Positions 50,901 through 61,479 of a DNA stretch of 64,000 nucleotides are shown one piece after another (the first letter of the stretch is position 1; each line of letters starts with the position of its first letter). This DNA comes from Callorhinchus milii (taxonomy: Eukaryota). The stretch covers positions 24,120,001 to 24,184,000 of the forward strand of contig NW_024704743.1 in assembly GCF_018977255.1 (NCBI RefSeq). The letters run 5' to 3'. The position numbers were made by a program, and so were the translations under genes. Below the pieces are notes generated by a model. That model saw only the letters and a program-made list of their open reading frames with translations, had not been told where the DNA came from and ran no database searches.

Positions 50901-53900
50901 ATCCTTTCAGTTCCATTTACCTGTTCTTTTCCCATACCCCTGTAGCTGCCTCTTTTAAAGGTATTTATCTAGTTCTCTCTTGAAGGCCAATGTGGATCCT
51001 GCCTCAATCACTGTTCCCAATAGGGAATTCCACATTGTAACTATTCTGTGTGAAAAAAATCTCCTAACCTCCCAATTAGAAGGTTGTGGGTTCAAACCTT
51101 ACTTCGGGATTTGGAACTGATATAGATTAGCTGACACTCCAATACAGTGATGGTGGTGTGCTGGATTGTTGGAGATGCCGTTATTTCGATGAGACGTTAA
51201 ACCGAGGTCCCATCTACCTGTTCAAATGGGTGTTAAAGATCCCATAGCACTATTTGAAAAGAAAAGCGTGTTTCTCTCTTCTGCTGTCCTGGCCAATAAT
51301 ACCCCAAATAAAATTGGTCACTCACTTCTTGGCTGTTTGCAGAATATTGCTGTGTGCAAATTGGCTGCTACGTGTACCCACAAAACACAGTTATTACACT
51401 TTACAGACATTCTGTGAAGCCCTTTGAGGCCCACCTGACATGAAAGGAGCTAAAGTAAGGATACTATTATTTGCTTGTTTACTATCTTAAATTTATGCCC
51501 TCTAGTTACTGACTCAACAACAACAACAAATCACATTTGTATAGCGCCTTTCACGTTGGGGGAATGTCCCAAGTCGCAGGACCCATACTTTCATACATAC
51601 TTTTGAATTTTCTCAGAAGATCACACTCATAATTTGAAACATCAGTTTTATTCTAAAATTACAGACCTTTGTCACTATTTTATCTACTTTATGAACAACT
51701 TCTAATAAAATAAGAATTTTACTTTCTTATTTCACATAAATTTCATGTTTAAACAGGAAAAACATTTTTTAACTTTAAATAAGTTTATCCTGCTCTTCAA
51801 CCCTCAACCCTTTGAAGTCTGAAAGCATGAACAAGGATGCACACTGCAAAGAACACTTACTTACCAAGAACACAAGCGAACCATCCAATCCAAGCATCTA
51901 TGAAGCAGAATGCAATTCAGTTAAGTTTAAATGACATATTAAACAATTATATAAAATCAGAGATAGATTATATCAGTTATCGTGCATTTCTTGAATTCTC
52001 AAACATATTTAGAATATGATGTAGTTATACGGTTATAATCACTACTCTAACAACTTTAAGTAAATTCAGGTCCTGGACAAATCAGCTTTAAAAATTCAGT
52101 TTGCTGATGCCAGAAAAAATATATACATGCAGCAGATGCAAATATATGCTCTAGGCTCAAACTTTGGGGTGCTTTAAGCTTTTAAAAGTATTTTTTAAAA
52201 AATCGCCCTTTCCCAGAGAAGTACAATTTCTATTATAGATAATGTATGCATACAAACAGCACTGCGAACTCTGAAGAGCTTTTTAATCCTCATTACAGTT
52301 AACACTGAATTTGTCAACATTCAAATGCAAAATGTTTGCGTGCATCTTGCTCTTCTACTCATCCATCAATTTACATTTACACCGCTTTTACATTATGAAG
52401 TGTTCTCCAGAGGCAAGCCTGCCTCAGGACGCAACTTATAGTGTAAAAAAAGTCAAGATTTTGCATTTTCAAACTGGAACAGATGCAACTGAAACAGATT
52501 AGCTGTTTGCACCAAAGGGAGCGCTGAATAAGACACAGCTCCACAGACAAACCAGCATACTGAATCAGGCTGCCAATATCTCAGTTAGGATCTGGAAGTC
52601 GAGCCGTTCCATAATAAGGAGTCAGTGGAGTCCGGCAAGGACTGGTGTGATGGGGATGCGGAGTTTAGTGTGGGTGAGTATACGGACGGCGGATGTTTGG
52701 ATTAATTGGATTTTGTGGATAGTGGAGCTGGGGAGACAGGCAAGTTGAGTGATGACGAAAGCGGGGATGAGGGCTTTGGAAGCTTTGGGTGTGAGGTATG
52801 GTCAGAGGCGGGCAATGTGATTGAGTTGGAAGAAAGTGGTCCTAGTCAGGTAAGGTGTGAGGTAGGAATGACAGCTGGGATTATGCACAGCTTCAATAAG
52901 TTTGAGGGATAAGGTGGGAAGGGTGAGGAGGTCAGAGCAACAGGAAAGAAGGCATGGATGGGAACCAAGGAGTATGGCTTCCACTTCATCAACGTTCAAA
53001 TGCAAAATGTTTGCGTGCATCCAGACATGATGTCTGAGAAACAAGCTGACAAACCATCAGTGGACCTGGAGTAGCAGCTGGAGGAGGAAAAGATTTGGGT
53101 GTCATCGTCGAGAGGGAGCATGTAAATAATGAAGGGGCCAAGGATGGAGCCTTGGGGCATGCCGCAGGGATGGGAGGAAAGCGCATTCGCAGAGACGAAC
53201 TGATGGGGGTTGGGGAGGATGATATGATCGACTGTGTCGAACGCAGCAGAGAGGTCCAGGAGGACAAGAAGGCCGAGTGAGCACTGGTCATAGAGAGAGG
53301 ATGTAATTTGTGACTTTGACGAGCACTGTGAGCGTGGCAGAAATCAGACCAAAGGAACTCGAGTAGGGAGTGGAGGGAGAGGTGTGAGCAAAGTTAATTG
53401 GCGACAATGCATTCCAGAACTTTAGCAAGGAAAGGCAAGTTAGAAATAGGCCAGTAGTTTGTAAGGTTAGCGGGATTATGAGTGTGTTCTTTTGAGGATG
53501 GATGTGATGACAGTAGTTTTGAAAGGGAGTGAGCAAAAGTGTGAGGAGAGGGATATATCTACGGGGGTGATTAAGTACCACAGGTCCATTTTGTACAATC
53601 TAGTGAATGAAGAGCCAGCGGCAATTTACCAAGCTTTGAACTTAAATACTTCATGAGAAATAAATGTACGTCTCGGATGACAACAACAGAACAGGGAGAA
53701 GAAATGGCAGGAAGTATTTTAAAATTCCCCGAAAATGGCGTGAATTTATGTAAATGTATCTGAAAATAAAGCTGTGCTGATAAGTCTTAATTTCAACAAA
53801 ATTATTTTCATTACAAGAATGATGCTTTTAGAGCTGATCCTTTTAAGTAGACTATGGAAGCACATACCCGCTCCCACGTAAGTTCTTCTGCAGCTCTATC

Positions 53901-56900
53901 CCATTCCAGGGCATTCCAGTTCATGTCATCTAAAGGGAACAGAATGTTTTAAATTTATGATAAAATCAGGTCAAATGGTTTACCAAAAGTTGCACAAATT
54001 TCCACTTTATAACACTGACTCATGTTAACTGTTTTGCTGTGAAGAAGTTTTACTCATTACATCTTAATGAAGTAGTTATACATCATTTTTAACAACTGGA
54101 CATAATTTTTAATTTCTTTCATGATAACCATAATTTCAATACTAGATTTTACTAATGGGACATTTGTACCGTTGCAGTGGAACCTGCATTATTTATGTGC
54201 AGCATATTTTCTCACTTTTATTTTGCTATAAAAAGGAAACCAAACTAAAACCAATTTTTTTTAAAAAAAATAGCACATGGAAGCTGACATGAGCCTCATT
54301 AATAAACAACAAATGTTAGATACCTATAACCAGGACAATCAGCACCTAGATTGATACTCTCTGCCTCAATCTCTCTGCCTTGCCCCTTTTGCTCATCTTC
54401 AGATCCCACCTAAAGACTTTCCTCGTTGATCATGTCTAGTCACCTCCCCACTTCTCCCCAACTTAATGTCAAACTATATCATGTTTAGTACTTTGAGATG
54501 TTACTTCATGTGATGGCATTATATAAATGCAAGATGTTGTTGTTCTAGAGAAAAATAGTTCAGGGTTTTGGGTGTGACCATTCACCACAGCAGTTTTTGT
54601 TTTATTTAAAACATTCAGCAGGACTGGCATGTATTCAGTCTTCACTCTATTTTTCCAATTTCAATGAATTCATAAGCACAACCACTGATACCTGCAGCAC
54701 GTTTGCTGCACACATTCACAGTATATAATCTGGATCATCATTTATTATCTCTATAGTTCCACCCCATTACAGCGGATAAATGAGCACCTTGTATTTCACT
54801 TGATCAAGGATATAAATAAAATGTGCTGTACAGTGAAATGTTCATTACCTAATATAGTTTTCATTCTTTGAAGGAAATATAATTGATTTATAGAGCAGGA
54901 TGAAGTGCACATATATTGGTCCTCATGGGACACTATAAGAATTTTCCTGTAGCAGGACACACAGCATCTCCTCTATCCGCACTACAAACAAAGCCTCATT
55001 CTCAGCTTGAGGTGGTAGAAGAGATCAAGTTGACAGTAGAAAAAAGAGCTCCAAGTGCTCCTGCTCAAGAGGGAAAGAGTAAGAGAGCCTTTGTGAACAT
55101 TGAACAATTTCTTTAAAATAAGTGGCATTCTAATCTAGTTATTGCAGCTGTGAACTTTACAAATGTGACTTATTGAGTTAAGATCCACAGAGCTGCATTT
55201 CCACAAGGAAAGAAATCACTGCACGAACCACATTTGAGGAATCATGCTCAAAGCATGAAATGACTCTTCTCACCTTGTGCACCATTGTTAGCATCCGCAC
55301 CATCTTCTACAACAGCATCATCTTCGTCCTCATTCTCCTCTTCTTCATTGTCGGCATCATCCGCCCGAACGTCTGCGTTCTCTGGTGCTACGGCGGCAGC
55401 TTCCCCGGCTGCTGCTGGATTCTCTACTGCCTGGTTCACTGGTTGTGCAACTGGTGGATTCTCCGCCGCAACATTTGGAGCAGCTGGAGGCTACAGGATC
55501 GGAAATATACAAAAATAATAACAAATCAAATTGACCGTTACCACAGATTTTCACCGTATCGTATCAGAAGAAGTCTCAAAGTACAGAAAAGTTCAACTTC
55601 ACGGTTTCATTGAGCTCAGATTCAGGCAAAACAAAATACAGGTTGCGATTCAATAATAATTCTTGGATTTAATATAGCGCCTTATCACGAGACATCTCAA
55701 AGCGCTTCACAGAATATACAGTAAAGTGAATTGACTGTATATTTTGTGGGCAAAACGCAGCAGCCAATTGCGCACAACTAATTTACTCTGAAATGCCCTT
55801 TCCCTGATGTCAAAAGGCAACATCGATGCACTATGTAATTTTTTTCTTGTTTGAGGAGTACAATTACAAAGCAATTTGTGATGGACTGTGAAGGATCCAG
55901 TCACACTGCAATACAAATGTGTAAATTATTGGTCTTTGCTGGTCTTACTCGTGGCACTTCAATAATATCTAACCAGTATTCATTGCTGATCAACAGTGCT
56001 CTGCTCAGCCCAGATTACATGATTTCAGAGCAATAAATGTTTTAAAAGTAGCTTTTTTGCTGAAACATTCCAGAACACTTCCAACAGTAGAAATGGCACA
56101 TTACACAAGTGTAGGTCAAAATAAAACAAGAGGTAAATACACAGAAACAAATAATTTCAATGTTGCTTAATACAGAAACAAGTTTATTTTAAAATAACAA
56201 GAATACCAAACAGAAAAGTAAAGCCATTCTTCGAATTAACATTAACATGACAACCGGTTGGAAATCCAATGGTCTTGTCACAATGCAAAATATAAATCTG
56301 CACCTACAATCTCTTCCAAATGACTTCCTGATTTCATGTTTAATAATCCTTGCATTTGATATAGCGCTTTTCACGTCGGGAGGACGTCCCAAAGCGCTTC
56401 ACAGAATACACTGTAAAGTGAATTGACTGTATATTTGTGGGCGAACGCGGCAGCCAATTGCGCACAGCAATGTCCCACAAACAGTCGTAGATTGAAAATG
56501 ACCAATTTATTATTGTTTTGGTTTTGGAGGGATTTTTATTAGGCTGTGGAGTAAGGAAACTTGCCCAAGGTTTCGCCCTCTGCCTGGAATTGAACTCAGG
56601 TCTCTCGCTTGCAAAGCGAGTGCTCTAATCACTGAGCTACAGGACTCCACATGTTTAGCAATAAACATAGTCCAGTACTTCCCATTTCAGGAAAGAGGGG
56701 ACGGAGAGGAAAGAACACAGAGGACAAGCAGCATCAGCCACTCATGAGCTACTCAATGGTGAACGCCTGGAAGCAGGTTGCTTGAATTTCCTCTTGGTTG
56801 AAAAATGATGTAGCAAAATAAAATTATGCATTACAGATACTGTAACTGTGTGCGTGTGTGCTGTCCACATGTGGGGCAAAAAAAATGAGAAGAAGGCTCG

Positions 56901-59900
56901 GTGACGAGTTATCTAGAGTGGCGAGTTAGGCACATGTAGAAATACATAAATAAATCGAGTCTGCGATATTGATAGCACGTTGGCTTAAGTGGTAATGACA
57001 AGTTAAACCAGGGTTGAGTTATGTGAAGTTTACTGTATATTTTTGTAAACCTGACCTCATTCTGTTGTGCAGCTCCATTGGGCGGCTGGGCTTGGTTTTG
57101 TTCCAGCCACTGAGGAGCTCCACCATGCACAATCTGTTCTCGTAGCCAGACAAGGCTAATGAATGCACAGAGTGTGCAGGTTACTACAAAACAACCCTGC
57201 AAACAATCTGCCAGCAGATTTTCCCTGCAAATACATATAAATAACATTAATCAGGAAAGATAGTAAAGATTTAACTTGTGCAGCATTTCCAGCATTTCAC
57301 GGCCCTTAAGCCAACAACAACAAATTACATTTGTATAGCGCCTTTCACGTCGGGAATAGTTTATCAATAATCCTCTCCCCCACCAAACAAAATCTGCCTA
57401 TCAAATGAACAGATATTCCCATGATGAGCACAAATGAGAAAAGCATTTCCTAGTTCTTACCAGATTAAACGCCTAAATTAAGTAGACCAGTGAATGAGAT
57501 TGCCAGACTTTGGGATAACTCATTTCTAGCTAAAGCTTCAAAGTGAGCCCTACTTGTGCCAATCACTATAATTATCTTGATATGTTCCCCGGACTATGTC
57601 AATACTTCAAAACTGAGTTTATTATTACTTTTCTGAAAGGCAAATGCAGAGAGAAGATAAACTTACGTGGATAACATATCTAGTGGCAGTGTCAACAGTG
57701 AGCTCACAGAGCCAGTAAACAAACACTTGTAGATGCGACCTTCAACAGGAAGGAAAAAAAATGAAAGCGGGAGAAGAAACAGTAAAAGGTCAGTATCCTC
57801 TGGTACTTGAGGCCATTCATTCATCAGGTTGTTTAATCCTGGCTTTAACTCACAAGACTTTAGCAAAGAGAATATTTTAGCGGCCTGTAGCTCTTTGTTC
57901 TTACTCATGTAAATGAGTATTGCTCTAACTGAAGGAGCATTTAGGAACAATATTTTCTTCATAAAACAATAAATTACATTTATATAGCACGTTTCCCGTC
58001 GGGAGGAAGTCCCAAGGTGCTGGATAATCAATGATTTACACCTGAGCTGGGATTTGGAATCAAGGTGAAGGAAGTAATATTTGCTGAAGAAATATTCAAA
58101 CATAAAATTGCACATTAATTGAAATATGAGGAGACTAAAAGAAAAAAGTATTGTGTCAGTTTCTTCAATTAAGGCCAAATAATTTATGTTCCAATTTTAG
58201 ATTTATAAATGGTGGAGAATGAAATGAAAATATTATCAGGTTAGCACAGGTCAGATACAAGGTAAAGTAATACAATTCCTCATAAAACTGACAATTAGTA
58301 TCCGCTAAGGGTAGGTTGTGCTGTGGGCCCAGTTCACCATGAACCCAGCCCAGTTTTTTTAATATAAAGAGATATCTACTAACTACAGTAATTAATTGTG
58401 GGCTGCATTTAACCCAGAACCTCACAACTAAATGGGAAATGTGCTAATCCACTACAATGCTGTAGTCTCTTTGGGACAGCTCAACCAACAATACCATCAC
58501 ATGCTATGATGCTGCTAGTGTGGAAGCAATTATAGATAAACTTCTCACTAAAATAGATGGTGCGAATGCAAGTTCCAACACAGATGGGTCTTTCAAATCA
58601 AACATCATATTTCAGGCAGCAGGTTACCCAAGAAACTTTGAATAATGAAATAAAACTTAAGAAAATCTTTGCTTAAAGTTACATCGGTTTTAAGGCTTAC
58701 TATGGTATCCATGGGTGGGTCTTAATTGTGATGTTTCTCTAGAAATGGAAATATTGAGTTCCTAAACCAATGAATATTTTGGAAGAATTAATAATGTTTG
58801 GAAACAATACATTATTCAGTATCTTCAATACTTTAGAAATTCAACAATTACATATCTTACGAAAGAATAAATTAAATGCAAATTTTAAAAATCTTTAAAT
58901 CTGGTAGCACCTTTTACGGTGAGAGGATGTCTTATTTGACGGACACTTGACAATGCAATTCTTCTCCAAACTGCACTGTTAGCATAGTTAGCAACAACTA
59001 TGACCTTAAATTCCTAATATTGGGCTTGAACCCACAACCTTCTGATTTTGAGGTGAGAATGCTACTGACAGAATCAGGCTGACACCTTGAACAGCTAGTG
59101 TGTGGTACTTACATGCTGTAAGAGGTACAACTCCCAGCCATGCAAAGGCCACCAGTGTGTAATGGAACCAGTAACGTATTGCTGTACCAATACTCGTAAC
59201 CAATCCTGCACAAATATCCTGAATCGGTAGCCTGGATGGCATATCTGGAGAATAAACTGAAAAAACACATGAAATATGAATTTGTGCTTGAAACAAAACA
59301 TATTTAAGGGTGCACTGTATTTAGGAATTTATTTTGATATCCAAGAACTTCCTGGAACACGGTAAATAAACTGTAAATTCTACAAAATGGTGCCTGAAGC
59401 AGTGGTTGAAGCAGACAGTATAGGTGTGTTTAAGAGGAAGCTAGATACACACGAGGGAGTAGGGAATAGAATACATTATAAATATATATTATAAACCCAC
59501 CTCAATCTTTTTCAACTTCATATACATAAATTTACAACATGGAAACAAGCCAGCAGTCCAATCAGCCAATGCAAGTGTTTATACTCCACAAGATCTCACC
59601 AACTCCTTGCTCTCTCCCAAACTATTCTATGCCCCTCTCCCTCATGTATATCTAGCTTCCTCTTAAACACACTATATTATCTGCTTCAACTACTGCTTCA
59701 AACAAGTTCCACGTTTGCGCTACAGTCTGCTTGAAATAATTCCTCCTAAATTTTGTTAGATCCCCTAGTCATTAACTTCTGCTATGTCCCCTGGTTACAG
59801 ACTCCCCAACAATGAGAATAACCTATTTATGCTAACTTTAAATTCTTCCATAATTTTATACACTTCTATTAAGTCCCCTCTTAAGCATCTTTTCTCTAAC

Positions 59901-61479
59901 AAAAAAAGCCTAACCTATTCAGACTATCCCAACCACAGTAAACCTGCCATCGCTGGTATGAACCTAGCAAATCCACGCTGTACTCTTTCCATCTCATTCT
60001 TGCAGTGCGGCAACCAGAAATGTACCATTCTCTAACTGGTAGGTTCAATACAAATTCAATACGCCCTCCTCACTTTTGTGGATGTAAAACTCATCTTTCT
60101 GGATGTAAAACTCAGGACCTCACTCGCACTTTTTATGGCCTTATGTACCTGTGTTGCTTCTTTTAGAAATTTGAGGATCTGAATCCCCAGATCTCTTTGC
60201 TCCTCTATTCCTCTTTGGCATCTACCACCCAAGAGTCAGTAGAGCTTGATGAGGATGGACATGTTTGGTGCAGATGAGGATGTGGGTGACCGAGTTTTGA
60301 ATAAAACAGATCTACTGTGTGCATCTCACTGTCACCAGAGAATCATTTTAGATGCCTGATACATATGATCAGCATTAAGCATTAAAAAAATAAATTTACA
60401 ATCCTTGCAGTTGATACAGTGCCTCATCACATCTTCGAGATGTCTCAAAGCGCTTCATAGAACATACTTTAGTGAATTGACTGTATATTTTGTGGGCAAA
60501 ACGCAGTAGCCAATTTGCGCACAACAGTGTCCCACAAACAGTTGTGGAATGAAGTGGCCAATTTATTATTATAATTTCTTTGGTTTGCTTGCAATGAATT
60601 TAAGCTGTTTTCTCAGATATGGATGCATGCACATGCTAGTTTAAAAATCGGTGCAGCACATGATACAGTTTAAAAATTAAAGGCTGTCCTTCAAATGGTA
60701 GGATTCATGTGGTGTCCATTCATGATTTGTCGCATGGAATTTAAAATTAAATTGTTTAATTGAAGTAGCTATTACTGTAATTAATGTTTATTTCACTGTC
60801 AGTGGGCGCTGGTGAACAAAATTAGTCGTCTTCAACAGACAACAATCTCCCTTGATCTGTTGTCAGTCCACTGTTTTTCAATTTCCAGTCTTTCAGTCCG
60901 TCTACACAAAATGTTGCAAAAAGATTCCAAGACGATCCTAACTGCAGCTATAGAAAACAATTCTCAATATCAGCAACAGAATTCCCCCACACCCCACCCA
61001 CCCGTTTCACAAAAATTCACAAGAACAATAAAAGCAGTAATCCTCAAGTAGTAGAATGGTAATCTGTTTTAAGATTGAGAAATTCCATGCAACAAATCAT
61101 GGACGGTCATCACGTAAATCCTACCATTTGAAAGACACCCTCGAATTTTTAAACCGTATCATGTGCTGCACCAATTTTTAAATTGTAGCATGTGCACGCA
61201 TCCATATCAGAGAAAACAGCTTAAACTCATTGCAAAACAAACTGTGCTTCAGAAATTGGATATCAAATGGTCCTGTCCTGAGAGTTTTTCAGGACTCTTT
61301 TTAGTCCTGAAAACCGGTGACGTGGTTTCATATGGCTTCAGGAGCTCATAGTACATTAATAATTGCCGCCAGAGAACATAAAAGCCACACATTGTAGTTA
61401 CTCACTCGGTGTGAAAGCAAATCTGTGTTTGCATAGTTCACAGTATTCTTTTCTGCTGTGCTTGAGCCACTGGACTAAA
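29816..61479 (-). CDS. MARCHF6: E3 ubiquitin-protein ligase MARCHF6 (TEB4/Doa10 ortholog), exons 3-26; 5' end lies beyond the window
   Basis: 24 GT-AG-bounded exons splice in frame (2641 nt) from the RING-CH end [24 protein letters not shown] to [13 protein letters not shown]...EE*; near-identical to recalled human MARCHF6. Confidence 0.98.
30429..30564 (-). CDS. MARCHF6: MARCHF6 exon 25
   Basis: [44 protein letters not shown]; 136 nt; TAGCAG tandem acceptor. Confidence 0.96.
30731..31090 (+). mobile_element. tRNA-derived SINE, full length (long subfamily)
   Basis: Starts GTGGAGTCCTATAGCTTAGTGG; body matches 13840. Confidence 0.9.
31288..31960 (-). mobile_element. L2 3' portion
   Basis: [11 protein letters not shown]...LDYAISL; tail near 31290. 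Confidence 0.88.
32117..32249 (-). CDS. MARCHF6: MARCHF6 exon 24
   Basis: [44 protein letters not shown]; 133 nt. Confidence 0.97.
32480..32880 (+). mobile_element. L2 3' fragment
   Basis: [16 protein letters not shown]; tail. Confidence 0.82.
33178..33267 (-). CDS. MARCHF6: MARCHF6 exon 23
   Basis: [30 protein letters not shown]; 90 nt. Confidence 0.97.
34322..34456 (-). CDS. MARCHF6: MARCHF6 exon 22
   Basis: [45 protein letters not shown]; 135 nt. Confidence 0.97.
35445..35626 (-). CDS. MARCHF6: MARCHF6 exon 21
   Basis: [60 protein letters not shown]; 182 nt. Confidence 0.97.
35730..35799 (-). CDS. MARCHF6: MARCHF6 exon 20
   Basis: [23 protein letters not shown]; 70 nt; followed by a 103-nt intron. 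Confidence 0.96.
36255..37041 (+). mobile_element. L2 3' portion
   Basis: NLGILFDP...[23 protein letters not shown]; (TTG)n tail. Confidence 0.9.
37265..37570 (+). mobile_element. L2 3' fragment
   Basis: Similar to 36660-36990. Confidence 0.75.
37738..37942 (-). CDS. MARCHF6: MARCHF6 exon 19
   Basis: [20 protein letters not shown]...[32 protein letters not shown]; 205 nt. Confidence 0.97.
37970..38235 (-). mobile_element. CR1 3' fragment, close to the MARCHF6 exon 19 acceptor
   Basis: cagcacagaaggaggctgttcggcccatcg...tgtgcattccagattg. Confidence 0.85.
38908..39045 (-). CDS. MARCHF6: MARCHF6 exon 18
   Basis: [45 protein letters not shown]; 138 nt. Confidence 0.97.
39616..39963 (-). mobile_element. 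tRNA-derived SINE, full length (long subfamily)
   Basis: Reverse complement closely matches 13840-14203. Confidence 0.9.
40084..40184 (-). CDS. MARCHF6: MARCHF6 exon 17
   Basis: [33 protein letters not shown]; 101 nt. Confidence 0.97.
41487..41606 (-). CDS. MARCHF6: MARCHF6 exon 16
   Basis: [40 protein letters not shown]; 120 nt. Confidence 0.97.
42825..42959 (-). CDS. MARCHF6: MARCHF6 exon 15
   Basis: [45 protein letters not shown]; 135 nt. Confidence 0.97.
44191..44265 (-). CDS. MARCHF6: MARCHF6 exon 14
   Basis: [25 protein letters not shown]; 75 nt. Confidence 0.97.
44974..45042 (-). CDS. MARCHF6: MARCHF6 exon 13
   Basis: [23 protein letters not shown]; 69 nt. Confidence 0.97.
45043..46968 (-). 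other. MARCHF6: U12-type (minor spliceosome) GT-AG intron, MARCHF6 intron 12
   Basis: 5' site GTATCCTTT matches U12 consensus; GACTTAAC branch-like motif ends 7 nt before the exon; no polypyrimidine tract. Confidence 0.9.
45712..46586. mobile_element. Probable hAT element with internal L2 fragment, inside the U12 intron
   Basis: gcggcccgcatctagccc near left end; right end matches 10330-10435; L2-like 46125-46400. Confidence 0.5.
46969..47049 (-). CDS. MARCHF6: MARCHF6 exon 12
   Basis: [27 protein letters not shown]; 81 nt; donor GTATCCTTT. Confidence 0.97.
48362..48420 (-). CDS. MARCHF6: MARCHF6 exon 11
   Basis: [19 protein letters not shown]; 59 nt. Confidence 0.97.
49290..49990 (+). mobile_element. 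Degraded L2 fragment
   Basis: [32 protein letters not shown]. Confidence 0.8.
50557..50608 (-). CDS. MARCHF6: MARCHF6 exon 10
   Basis: [17 protein letters not shown]; 52 nt. Confidence 0.97.
50830..51072 (-). mobile_element. CR1 3' fragment
   Basis: cagaaggaggccatctagccc...gggaattccacattg. Confidence 0.75.
51075..51472 (+). mobile_element. Deu-domain SINE (AmnSINE1/SacSINE1-like)
   Basis: gatgagacgttaaaccgaggtccc...taaagatcccatagcactatttgaa Deu core. Confidence 0.75.
51865..51897 (-). CDS. MARCHF6: MARCHF6 exon 9 (33 nt)
   Basis: [11 protein letters not shown]; tag/GTAAGT. Confidence 0.96.
52600..53580 (-). mobile_element. Degraded L2 RT fragment
   Basis: [32 protein letters not shown] motifs across frames. 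Confidence 0.85.
53868..53929 (-). CDS. MARCHF6: MARCHF6 exon 8
   Basis: [20 protein letters not shown]; 62 nt. Confidence 0.97.
55274..55490 (-). CDS. MARCHF6: MARCHF6 exon 7 (acidic low-complexity loop)
   Basis: [25 protein letters not shown]...[26 protein letters not shown]; 217 nt, phases 0/1 fit neighbours. Confidence 0.93.
56343..56650 (-). mobile_element. tRNA-Ala-derived SINE, full length, young, with 7-bp TSD
   Basis: ATGTTTA at 56336-56342 and 56651-56657. Confidence 0.92.
57056..57224 (-). CDS. MARCHF6: MARCHF6 exon 6
   Basis: [42 protein letters not shown]...QNE; 169 nt. Confidence 0.97.
57667..57739 (-). CDS. MARCHF6: MARCHF6 exon 5
   Basis: [23 protein letters not shown]; 73 nt; AG/GTAAGT. 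Confidence 0.97.
59113..59256 (-). CDS. MARCHF6: MARCHF6 exon 4
   Basis: [47 protein letters not shown]; 144 nt; AG/GTAAGT. Confidence 0.97.
59515..60225 (-). mobile_element. Degraded CR1 fragment
   Basis: Collinear with 722-1400 copy. Confidence 0.75.
60395..60572 (-). mobile_element. SINE 3' half
   Basis: Deu-like body plus tail; similar fragments at 11036, 43520 and 55650. Confidence 0.8.
60589..61235. repeat. Long inverted repeat (~155-bp arms), probable non-autonomous DNA transposon
   Basis: 60589-60742 is an imperfect reverse complement of 61080-61235. Confidence 0.88.
61406..61479 (-). CDS. MARCHF6: MARCHF6 exon 3 (C-terminal half of RING-CH)
   Basis: [24 protein letters not shown]; ttccag acceptor, GTGAGT donor; 74 nt. 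Confidence 0.95.

Noticed and set aside
57740..58178. Upstream part of the 171-aa ORF 57663-58178
   Set aside because: Only the last 73 nt before the donor are exon 5; the rest is intron with a LINE tail fragment
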